Assembly: GCA_964247055.1 (NCBI GenBank)
Contig: OZ176051.1
Location: forward strand, 7,812,001 to 7,876,000
DNA from: Paragordius varius
Taxonomy: Eukaryota; Animalia; Nematomorpha
Length of the DNA stretch: 64,000 bases
Direction: 5' to 3'
A program made the position numbers and the translations under genes. Below are positions 13,619-25,337 of this stretch, piece after piece; within the stretch, counting starts at the first letter, position 1; every line of letters starts with the position of its first letter. The notes beneath the pieces were generated by a model. The model was not told where the DNA came from and did not search any database. It saw nothing but the letters and a program-made list of their open reading frames with translations.

Positions 13619-14415
13619 ATGACCCATATGGGACGGGATTTCGACTTTTTTATGCCTGAAAATGCTGAGAAATCTTTTTTAAACGATTCCACAATATTTT
13701 ATCCACTACGTTCAAGAAGTAAAAACAAAGAAGAAGACTTATTTTTGCCACTCAAATCTCACACAAGAACTAATTTTTTAGAAACCGAAGTTCAAGAAGA
13801 TGATACGCTGCAATCATTAGCCTTAAAATATAACTGCAATGTATAATATATTTTTAATTGTAGATTAGTGAATTAAAGAGATTGAATAATATACTTAATG
13901 ACAATGAAGTGTTTTCTAAAGGAAAATTTAAGATTCCGTTTAATTTTCAAAACATAGATTTGTTGGAAAAAGAAAAAATAGAAAAATTAAATAAATTGCA
14001 AAATGAAAGAGAATCGTTTAAAAAAATAATCATTTCAGATGTAGAAAAACCCCCTGATAATTTTGAATCCATAGATCTACATTCAAAATACGTAATCAAT
14101 AAAGCGATTCAATCATTAAATAATTCCAAAACTATAGAAATTTTAGAGCCAAATGCCCCCGCCCAACAAGATATCTCTTTGATAAACGATGAATCACAAA
14201 ACCTTTTACCTAAATCTGATAGTCAGGAAATTGATATCAAATCAAATTTTTACAACATAAATGTCAAGAAAAAGACACCTCGTGAAGATTGTTTTCAACC
14301 TTCGGAATGTGGAATGAAACTTTGGATTGCTGTTTTGCTTATGGTGGCTATATGCATAGCATTGCCTTTATTAATAATCTTTTATTTTATTGAGGAAAAA
14401 TCATTTCCTCATTAA
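13619..14415 (+). CDS. LYSMD3: LysM-domain protein with C-terminal transmembrane helix (LYSMD3/4-like), ~257 aa; exons 13619-13840 and 13864-14415; 23-nt intron; start codon uncertain (alternatives 13628, 13652)
   Basis: Splicing gives an intact LysM motif EVQEDDTLQSLALKYNCN/ISELKRLNNILNDNEVFSKGKFKIP. Hydrophobic C-terminal segment LWIAVLLMVAICIALPLLIIFYFI. Confidence 0.85.
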
Positions 14416-16094
14416 AAAATTTTTATAGTAATATATGCGACAAATGGTTTACAAATAATTATGTACATTATAAAGATAATTCATAAATTATATTGAAATT
14501 TATTAGATTTTTATGGCGATGAGCTAAATTTATAAGCACTTAGATGGTTTAAATTACATTAATTAGCAAATATACGAGGACTGAACTTCTGATAAAATTT
14601 CCTATTATTCTACACATCTTATATTGAGTTACCGATAAATTTTCATCTAAAAAAAGGATAGAACAAATACAAATAAACAAAATTATAATTTTTCTACAAA
14701 TATCAAGGGATAACTGATTCGTCTATTATTGCCAATGATTGTTTTTTTGGATTTAGTGATAGTTTTTAATTTTGCTGCTCAACTACTTTATGGGCTATTT
14801 TCTGCTATCCAATTTTAATTATTTTTCCCATGAATCGACTGATAAAATAAATATTACGCCGCATTGGGATATCTAGAATGCGGATTTATCTAGTCAAAAA
14901 AGGAACATTGCAATATTACATTTAGCTAAATAAATATTTGTACAATAGATGTAATTTTTCAAACGTCTTATAATTTGCATAATATCAAATAACGTCATAC
15001 TTAGTAACTAATCGTTTATAAAAAATTATTTAATATAAATTGGTATTAGGCAACAAATGTATATTATTATCGGATAAAAAAATTGATTGAACATTAACAT
15101 TAGTAATCTTATAAATTTTATTGGCAAATTTTTTTCACTCAATTTAAAATGGATTTTTTTAAACCGCTTTAGACACGGTTACATCTCTTAAATACAAATG
15201 TTTGAATAGCGATCCGTAAATTCGTTGTCCCAATCATCAGATATAATCATTTTAAACGGACCAAAAGCTAAAACAAAATTTGATGATTGTTATATTAAAA
15301 CTCATTACTTTTTGGGGTAGTTTTATAAGAAATTTAAATATCTTAAAAGAATATTAAAATATGCTTTCTTTAGCCTTATAAGAGCTTTTTTAAAAAAATG
15401 TAAAATTGTAAAATCCTCATCTCAAACTTTTTCACCGCCATTTTTTTCTATAATTTTTTTTAATCGCTATTGCAACAGGCATATAACTATACATTAAGGT
15501 TAGAAAATGTAAATAATTAACTTTAAAAAGCTTGTCTACACTTTACCAAAATTGATATATTTTATTTTTAATATTAGCTGTTTTGATCGTGTTTTAGAGT
15601 GGTCCCAATTTTAGACTCTAAAAGTCACAAAAGTTTAACAAATATTAGTTTTATATCCATGTGAACAATGTTTAAATTTGATTTTAATAAAAATAACTTT
15701 CAAAACTGTATACCCTTTTCATATTTTTGTCCTAGTTTTTTGGGGTAGTTTACTATACCGGAGCTCAATTTTGTAAATAAATATCTTTTAATCATATTTA
15801 AAAATTCATTATCAAAACCATATAATATTGACTCTTTATTAATTTCCACAAATTAATTCCATAAATATTTTGTGTCGGAACATATTGGTATCATACAATT
15901 AGTGTAGGGGTGGTACACGCGGCAATCCAAAATATTACTGCATCTCGCGAAAAACCTTAAATACAAAATTTTGCGAAAACCTAGTAAAATTATTTTTTTA
16001 AACCAATATTCTGAATTAATATTCCCGAATTTGTCAATGAACTAGCAAAAAATGTTAAAATAATAGTTTTTTTAAATAATTAAATATTTGTTAA

Positions 16095-16149
16095 GGCCCA
16101 TATATTTTGCGAATGCGGCCCGCGAAGCCATTTGTGTTGGACACCCCTG
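16095..16149 (-). mobile_element. hAT (Charlie-like) terminal remnant
   Basis: Reverse complement reads CAGGGGTGTCCAACAC...CGCGGGCCGCATTCG, a typical Charlie-type terminus; no matching TSD found. Confidence 0.55.
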
Positions 16150-16679
16150 CATTTGTATAATATCTAAAAAATATTATAGCGGATGCAAAATATCTAAAGT
16201 TAACTAATAGCAACATTTTCGGCCATCCTATAAAATAATAAGTGAACTATATAACACCTTTAGAGACAGACTCTGATTGGGTTAAAAAAACGTTTTCAAC
16301 CATAAAAAAATCGTAGCGGGAGACAAAGCGGTTATTTATGAGAAAAATTTGTTGTCGTTTGAAACAATTTAGTTTTGAATCCATGGTCTATCAAATGTGA
16401 CTCATTTTATATTAATCGGTGTTATTTAAATATTTGGGCATATTTAGACCGTATTTCTATTTAGTTGATTCCCTAGTCAAAATTGAAATTGCGTTTATTT
16501 TATTCACTTAATGACAATTTTTTATTAGTTTGTAAAGTGTAAGAATAAAATTAATATTCTAAATCATCATAGAACTCAGAAGTGACAATAAAAACGGCCA
16601 TTAAGGGTATAAAATGATAAACAAAAAGTATTGATTCTTCAAGAGCTTGGACACAGGACAATGTAATTTGATTGCTTAA

Positions 16680-16988
16680 TATACCATTTACACTTCATAT
16701 TCTTTAGAACAATTTAAAATCACCCTCAAACAATAATTCACCCAAAAAAAATATGTGAATATTAAAAATTTCCTATATTTTTTTTTTAAAAGAATTAAAT
16801 TTAGTTCAAAATTAAAATAAAACTGAAAAAAATATCAAACTATGCCTTAAGTTAAATTTCATATTAATGATGAGATATATTCCGAAAATTCATAATCTTT
16901 TTAGGGTAAATTTGAATTGTTAAGGATGAATAATTGATAGAGGGTGATTTTGAAGGTTCAAGGGTGAATTAGAATTATAAATGGTATA
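16680..16988. mobile_element. Palindromic MITE family F, copy 1
   Basis: TATACCATTTACA ... TAAATGGTATA termini; internal AATTCACCCT / AGGGTGAATT units. Confidence 0.7.
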
Positions 16989-17382
16989 TTTATTAATACT
17001 TTCTTAGTCATCAACAATACTTATTCCAAAATACAAATATTGATATTCTATTTTACTAAATAATTTATACCCCGCAAATAAATCTTAAACAATATTTTTA
17101 AATCAGTTCTTAAAAAGGTATGTATCAATACCTAACATTTTTTGATATTTTGAGGTACCAATAAGGCACAAGCTTTAACTATAAATAATATGCATTTGTG
17201 TCCTTTTATTTCTAACATAATTTAAATCTTTTATCCAAAACTTTCTTCTACATATAACATAGAACTCAATCTCAATGAAAATTCTCATGAAATTATTCAC
17301 CAAAATTTTTTTAAAAGTAATTTTTATACCCCAAAAAGTACCCTTTTCTCCAAATAAATATACATGTAATGGAATGTTGTTT

Positions 17383-17386
<4 letters not shown>

Positions 17387-17414
<28 letters not shown>
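17387..17414. repeat. (AT)n microsatellite
   Basis: Uninterrupted ATATAT run. Confidence 0.95.
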
Positions 17415-17419
<5 letters not shown>

Positions 17420-17481
17420 AAATAATTTAGCTATTGCATTTATTTTATCACGGTGATATAACATGATATGTCCTAACATTT

Positions 17482-20400
17482 TTACGAGTATATAGTTATG
17501 CTGTCATCGGGTACGACCCATATACTACCATTTTCCGTTATATCGTCGTCATCATCATCATCGTCACCATTATCAATTCCGTCATCATTCAAGGGCGAGG
17601 GATCTGAATTAGTCAGGGCTTCAGATTCACTTTTGGAAGCGACAACTTTTTGTAGGACATCTTGGATTTCATCGGTGGCTCCGCGTTTAGTTAAAGCATG
17701 TTTTTTTCGAGTCACATCGTTTTGTTCTATTAATAAGGAAGATTGTTGTGCATTTGTTTTTATTTAAGAATGTAAAAACGGCAATATTTATATATACCAT
17801 TTACAATTCAAATTCACCCTTAAACAATTCAAATTCACCCTTAAATCACCCCTAACTAAAATAGATGTTTTTTAAGATTGTAAAAACCAATATTTTTTTA
17901 TATTTTTAAAAATAAAAATTTTGTTTTTCTTAAAAAATAATACTGAAAAAATAATAAACTATGCCATAAAGATATATTTCATACTAATAATAAGCTATAT
18001 TAGCTCGAAACACATTATTTTTAGGGTGAATTTGAACTGTAAATAATATATATAAGAGCATCAATTTGTAATTAATTAAACGAGCGTTAACTTTTATATT
18101 GATGACGGCAAGTCAAAATTTACCGTTAAATCTAGATTTCTTGTCAATGTATATATAAAATTAAGATAAATTTAAATCCTAATTCTATGATGATTTTGTA
18201 AATATTCACATACTAAGCCAGCAAATCCAATTTAAAAACACAATTTAGCTTTCTGCGAAACCTATATTTTTAGTTTCATGTTTTTTGTGCCAATCCATGG
18301 TGAATCGGATCCAATTATATGTATTTTAGAATAAAAAATAAATTTTTGTAAAAAATTTAAAAACATCGAAAATTAGTTAACGAATCATCTTCCGCATAGC
18401 GTTTTATGGATGAATACAATATATATTCATGTGTTAAAACTATATTAAAAAGTGGAACCGAGGTTGTGGCAGGAAAGGCTTGTTTTTAACAATTCCTAAA
18501 ATACCGGGATATTTTTAAGGTTGATAACAGAACATGTTGGTTTATATGAACCAGTTACCAAATCTTAAACCAATCAATTTATATATCAGTTTAAACCTTG
18601 CTACAACTAATTACGGATCAATTATTCAAAAATTATATTAATGTCTCTCACGAATATTCAGAAGGCAGGATGGTATAAGAGAGCGCCGGACTCTTACACT
18701 GCGTGCCTGGGTTCGAACACCGAAACTATGTAATTTTTTCTTCATCACTGTCAGCCCTGGGCAGGTGAGTGTTAAAGCTTTTACAGGTCCGGATATAATT
18801 TAAGTCCTTACCCTTTAATAAAAAAGGAAAAAAGAGACTTTAAATCTTATACGAATTTATACCATTTACAATTCTAATTCACCCTTAAACAACTCAAATT
18901 CACCCTCGAACAATTTAGTCGAACAATTTAAATTCACCCTCGAGATTAAAAACTACCTATATTATAATATTTTTGATAAATAAAAATTAAAATAAACTAT
19001 GCCATAAAGATATATTTTATATATTAATAATGAGTTATATTAGTTCGAAAATACATTATTTATTTTTAGGGTGAATTTGAATTGTTCAAAATTGTTCGAG
19101 GAATTGTCCAAGGGTGAATTAAACTGTAAATGGTATATATAAAACTCAGAAAGGGTTAATATATAAGGTTCATAGTTAACAGCACCCTTTTAATATATAT
19201 AAAAGATATTTCCTAGGATATCTATATAAATAAAAAATGATAAATATACTGCTTTTTATCAATTTAGCTTTTATCAGGGCATTTTTAAAGCGTTGCAAAG
19301 CTGTTGGTGGTAGCTTTGATTTTTTATTTTTAGGTTTTTTTGTGGATTTGGCAGTTGTTTTTTGTTTAGTTCCCTTTTTATTTTGTCGTTTTTGTGATTT
19401 TTTCTTAGCTTTTCGTTTGTTTCTAACCACGATATTTCGATCCATCCTTTGGTTGGCGTATCCCATATCATCAATGTCTAAATCGCCTATATCATCTGCT
19501 TCAAAATCTCTCGAATCCCTGAGTTCTGATGCCAAAGGCATATTATGATATTCATCGTCATAGCCAAAATCAGACTCTTCAAGTCCTCCTGCCAAAGGTT
19601 GATCCAAACTATTTGTGTTTCTGTCGTCGGATGATGACAATCTTTTATTTCTGTTTAACAAAAAGTGTTTGAGTTGACTTTGTCTCAGTGCAAGCGAACG
19701 TTTTTTCATTCGAATCAATTTTTCACTGGGTTTCTACATAATATTCAAATATGTTTATTACCGTTGATGAGTTTGCCCACACAACTGCTAATATTACGTG
19801 CAATTATAATAATCAGTTAAAAAATTTTTAAACATATGTTATCGATGAAAATTATTATAAGTACTATTATAAAAAAAAATTGTGAAGGTAAAAAAACTGT
19901 ATATTATATATTTAGACATTTTCTCAAACATTGTACTATATTTAAACCTAACAAAACCATTTTAAACGGTTAACTTCGTTTTCTTGTACTTTAAACTATA
20001 TTTTACATCTAGAGTAGTGATCAATGGTTATAATCATCAGTGAATGAATGCATACAAATGCGGTCAGACCGGTTATTACTTTTTGACGGGTCAAAAAGCT
20101 GACCCCACTTATCGTTAATATTTATATATGACATTCAAATTGTTAGTAATCTTTTATGTTATGTACTATGCTGTGGATTGGATAGTTTACTACAGATCTT
20201 TTAACCATTTCTTTTTTAGCTTGATTTAACACGGCTTGTTCTTGTTCCAGTTTCTTTTGAACGACAATATCATTGGTTAAATCATTTGCTAGAAAGGATT
20301 GATTTGCGACATTGCTGCTCAACTCATCATTCTCATCGTCTTCGTCATCATCTTCGTCATTGTCGTTATCATCGTTATCGTCTGCTTCATTAATATCTGA

Positions 20401-23400
20401 CGATATTATACTTTTTATTTGGTTTGCAAGGGCTATAAAAGTGAAAACAAAATTATAAAAAGCAAAAATGCGGACTCTTGTTTTTTCCATTTTTAACAAA
20501 TATTTATACCCATTTAACGAAAGAAAATAAATTTTTGATAAAAAAGGATACATGACTGTAAATACTAATGTTTTTTCAAGAATATCTGTTTTAGCCTTTG
20601 GTATAGAACAGAGGTACTCAAACAGCGGCACACGCGCCTCATGCGGTTCTTAAACTACATTTTATGGCCATAAATGTTAAATTTTTTTGATAAATTTATT
20701 TTGAGTATAAATATCTGCAAAGGTGTCAAACAACTATGTTTTATCGGCATTATATGGTGCACGGACTTTGAGATAGGATAAATATTTTTTACGGCCTGTA
20801 AATTTTTATGGTGAGTACCACTGGTATAGGCGAAACAAAAAATAATTAGTGTCTACACAAGGTTTTTAAAACTTTGAAATTGCAAAACATGACTTTAAAA
20901 CGCTGCGTGTACACCTTAAGCAGTCCTCGTTTTTAGTTTTTCAGCATAAATAAATTTTTAAAATTAATATTTACATTTAATTGATATAATTTTTAATAAT
21001 GATTATTGTATATACCAATTTGATCTGCCAGTATTTTGGTTTTATTAAATGTGTTTTCTGATAATAATGCGTTACTCTGTTGAGATAGTTTAACATTAGT
21101 GGCTTTTGTAGATTTTAACAAACCATTTATCATATCATTAACCGTGTCATCGTTTATATTTGATTTGGTTTTAATGGTATTATTATTAATATTATTTTTT
21201 AAAGTATTTTTCGTCTCATTTAGATTTATAGTTGGCGGTTGTCTTAAATTAACGCTAACAGGTTTGTAGGTTGGTTTAATAGTCGATGTCGTATTTTTTA
21301 GCATGTCAAACTGGGTACTATTCATACCATTTTTATGGGACAAGGATGATTCATTCTTGTCTTGAGTCGATTTAATGGAGAGTTTGTTGGAGAGTGGAAA
21401 ATTTATAACTAGACCAGCATTATCATTTTTATTTGAATCTGATCCATAAGGTAAAAGAGAATTTATTGAATTAGCACCTATAAATTATTAGGCTTTTATT
21501 AAAAATATATTAGGTATGGCTAAAATTTTTTCAACACAAATTAAAACTTTAATCTAAAGTTTTATTTATATTTTGAGGAGCATTATATCACATTTGTAAA
21601 TATACCATTACTTTTTTCCCGCAAATATTTGTTTTAATCAATTGTATTATATCTATTTAACACTTGAATACAACAGATTCCTTTTAGTCCTTCGATTAAA
21701 ATCGGGGTAATTAAATACCCCAGGCCTGTTTAAAATTAAATTCTGTAAAAAATATGGAAGGAATCGAAACCTTGGCAAAAAATTGCACTTATATAACATT
21801 AACAAACGGAAATATATAAAAAAATTTATTCAAAAATACTAACCTAAAACCGAAAGGTAAAAATTTAGTCAACGTGACATGTGTGCAATGGTAAAATTAA
21901 AAAATAATACAAAATAAACCCTTTTTCTATTTCTATCAATGCTTAATGTAATTTAAATAAAAAATAAGCTTTACATTTACCCTTAAAATTAAATGAAAAC
22001 GATATTTTGCAAAAATCTTGCTAAATAAAAATGGCGTCGAAGTAGTTTGACATGGAACTTTTTTTTCAAAACAAAACTTTATATAGATATTTTGGGATGT
22101 TTATATAATTTTGATTAGGATAGAAGCATAAATTTAAATTGGGACCGTTTCCTTCGGTAGTTTTTTGAAAATTCTAACTCAAAGTTAGTCTGGGGTATTT
22201 AGATACCCCAATTCGAATCGAAATGTTAAACTTCAAAGAAGTTAAATCCAGTGATAATTAGTTCATTAACAAAAATAAACAAATCATTATTTTAAAACTT
22301 TCCTTCAAGGTTATATTTAAGTTTGGGAAAAAAATTATTGAAGCTTTTATCAAAATTAAGCATTTCGTAATTGACTGAGTAAATCAAAATTTCTAAAAAA
22401 AATAATTTTAAGAAAAATTCTCATCATTACACTTTTATACGTAAAACAAATTAAAACTAATCATTTATTTATATTAATTTGTGGAGGGGGGAAAGGGGGG
22501 AGGTCTAAAACTTTTTTGTTCAAAACTTAAAAAAGGACCTTTCGTGAAATATAAATGAAGGATTTAATTATATTAAACATAAGAAATACAGTACCCATTT
22601 CATTTTGCCAATTCACATTATTATTGGCCAATTGGCAATACAGTGGCGTATAATATAAAACAGAATTTGTCCATAATGAATAAATAAATTTACTTTTGTA
22701 AGCTGGAAAAATGTTTTATTTCTTCCTAGTTGTTTTTTTATCCATACACTATTAAATTTCCCATTGGCCAAAAATAATATGAAGTAGCCAACAATAAAAT
22801 GAGCACTGTATTTTATAGTATTTTAAATTATATAATTAACTCTTCTGTGCAATATATCCCAAAGTTTTTTTAATGAATAAAATTTAAGAAGTTTTGATGT
22901 CAAATGATGTTAATAGAATATTCGAGTCTGTAAAATAAAATGTTATGAAAAACTACTAAGTAGGGGATTGTTACCTCTTCCAAATGGGTTTAAAAGGGTA
23001 TTTGAATCATCCAAATTATCGTCCATATCATTATAATTATAATCATCATCGTAATTGTCTGTGATTGCTTCCTCGTTTAGGGGATCGATATTTTCTAGAT
23101 TCGAATTATCAGTATAATAATTGGATAGATCTAACATATTGCTTGGTTGCCATGGTAATTCCTTTTGCTTTTCTGGTGGTGTATAAAATATCGAAAAAAT
23201 TTAAAATTTACAACCAAATTTAAACATTAAAATTTTATTATTGCGAAAAACTCTAAATAAGGGTATTTTATCTATTTACTTTAATTAATGAATTTGAATC
23301 GCACACAAAATAAAAATTTACCTTTGCATTGGCACATCTTTCCCTTAGACTTCCTATTAGATTTTATCGAATTTTTTTCGCCGCCATTATAATAATCCTC

Positions 23401-25337
23401 GTTTGATTTGAGTAACAATTGTAGTTTATCGCTTAAGGCCTTTTTTGAATTGGCTTTATTGGTGTCTTTTTTAGCCGATAACTTTTTGATATTGCTTAAA
23501 GGGGAATTAGGCAGGTCTTTAAAAATTAAATCATTATTATTCATAAAATTGGCTTTTAAATGTGTTGATAATGGTCTTTTTAATTTCTTATAATTTAGAT
23601 CGTCAACATTTATGCTGTTATTATTCATAAAAGTCATATTGCTGTTGGTAAATGAAGCTTGTCGTTTTTTTCGGGTAATTATCGGGAGAGATGAGTTTAA
23701 AGTGGTCGAATATAACTGTTCAGTGTCAGCTAAATTCAATTTAGCTAACTCATGAGTTAATTTAATTTTGTTCGGTTTCCGATAGAGTGTTTTTTCCCTT
23801 ACAACCATTAAAAAAATGGGGTGGATTTGTAATATTTTACGGTATTTTGTTTTGTGGAAACTTCTATTTATTGGTAAAGGTAATGGGATTCGTAGTTTGA
23901 ACGTCCGATTTGGATAATTATGCGCTAAAAATGCGCTATGAGGTTTAAATCGAACCGTATTATAATAGGGTTCATTAAATAATTCATGTTTTAGTTTTCT
24001 TTGCAATTTACGGTAGTAGGCTATAGAGTGTGTTTGCTCTCTTGTAATATTTGTTTCGTCATCTATAATACGACAGTAAAAATTGAAATCATACCCAAAA
24101 AATGTAAAAAAAATAAAAATGTTATTTTCAAAAGACCGCTACTATATTTTTTAACATTGATTTTTTCCACATAAACTGTTTAATTACAATTTAAAAAGAT
24201 CTATATTAACAATTTACATCTCTATTCCCTGTGCACCTATTAATGAATAGTATTTTGCAAAGGTTTTAAAAAATATGGTTGTATTTTGGAATTGTCATTT
24301 CATTTTTAAGTTATTTTTCTGATAATTTCAAAGAATGCAGCATTTGTGGATTTAGCTGGATCGTTGAATAAAAATATAAAAGAAATTAATTTGATTATGT
24401 ATTTCATTTTAATATTTTTCAATTTATTCATAATATTTAAAATAATTCGAAAAATCTACCAACTAAAAAAATAAAAAAATAAAATGTTTTTTAATGTGCT
24501 TAACTCTTTTAGAGCTCCAGATTATCCTTAAAATATAACTTAAAATAAACCTTAATATGTGAAAACTATGATCATTCTAAGCTCATTGTTTTATTATCGG
24601 TTAATTCAAAGTTAAGTATGCGGGGTGGATTCAAATTTTGAGTGTTTAACATGTGGATGCATTTATTTAAATATTTAACCTAACCCTTGATCAATAAATA
24701 ATTTTGGTAAAAAAGTCACACACCTTAAAATAAAGAATGGCTGAGCTTATTAAAAGGGATAAGTTCAATTGCATGTTGCATTTTCAAATTAGATTATGAA
24801 AAAGACTAAATTTGGAGGATTTTGATATTTTGTAATTCAGAATGCCTATTTTGCCAAATATATAATATAAAAATTGTGATAAAATTTGTTTTAAGGGTGA
24901 TAATTTTATGGATGATTTTTGTGGGACCACTTAAAATTAAAATTATTAAAGTTTTGTATAATAGATCTCAGGAACTTAACTACTCTTAGGTTACATCGGT
25001 CAAAAAAATTTTTCTTTTTATAGATAAAATCACCCTATAGATTCCAAAAATTGTAGTCAAAACCTCATTTTTAATTATAATAAATAAAATTATTTAATCA
25101 TGCCTTAGAGAGTGTCCTTGAACGCTTTTAGTTAGTCCTTTAACTCTTCTACCACGGTTTGATTGATAAATATAAAAACAAAATAAAAGTACCAGCTTGA
25201 AGTGGTGAAGTATTAACTCGAAATGTTCGAGAACTTATTTAAAGTGTTTAAGGACACTCTTGGTGAATGGTATATATGGTTATTAATACCACAAGATACT
25301 TTCGCCTTGTGATTCTTTGGTGTTCAAATAAAAACAT
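17482..25337 (-). CDS. Orphan low-complexity protein, ~830 aa, possibly a secreted precursor; exons 25337-25258, 25233-25193, 24062-23322, 23172-22975, 21477-21016, 20432-20191, 19733-19250, 17726-17482
   Basis: Six provided ORFs (23281-24006, 22943-23137, 20993-21343, 20143-20631, 19176-19718, 17482-17715) join through GT-AG junctions with consistent phases; exon sum 2493 nt = 831 codons. The first two exons and the exon-6 donor are less certain. No domain recognised. Confidence 0.65.
17793..18050. mobile_element. MITE family F, copy 2 (in last intron of orphan gene)
   Basis: TATACCATTTACAATTCAAATTCACCC ... GGGTGAATTTGAACTGTAAAT. Confidence 0.75.
18664..18834 (+). mobile_element. Putative tRNA-derived SINE
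   Basis: tRNA-like head GGCAGGATGGTATAAG...GGGTTCGAACACC (A-box/B-box-like), unique core, A-rich tail AATAAAAAAGGAAAAAA; not a foldable intact tRNA. Confidence 0.6.
18858..19137. mobile_element. MITE family F, copy 3
   Basis: TATACCATTTACAATT ... AACTGTAAATGGTATA termini. Confidence 0.8.
20609..20823. mobile_element. 215-bp hAT MITE sharing termini with the 2.3-kb hAT at 43733-46004
   Basis: Ends CAGAGGTACTCAAAC and GGTGAGTACCACTG; flanks GTATAGAA / GTATAGGC (6 of 8 TSD match). Confidence 0.8.
21661..22225 (+). mobile_element. MITE family A, complete copy with TTAA on both sides
   Basis: TTAA|CACTTGAATACAAC ... AATCGAAATG|TTAA. Confidence 0.88.
22589..22808. mobile_element. 220-bp Tc1-like MITE, TA target
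   Basis: TA|CAGTACCCATTTCATT ... AATAAAATGAGCACTG|TA. Confidence 0.7.

Noticed and set aside
18664-18725. tRNA gene
   Set aside because: A- and B-box-like motifs are present but there is no closable acceptor stem, and it is followed by a core and A-rich tail, so it is better explained as a SINE.
16680-19137. Repeated AATTCACCCT units as a CRISPR-like array
   Set aside because: Eukaryotic context, irregular spacing, no unique spacers; they are subterminal repeats of MITE family F.
17482-24006. Idea that the orphan precursor is a Spaetzle/cystine-knot ligand
   Set aside because: Only a CQC motif is present; there is no C-terminal cysteine array.
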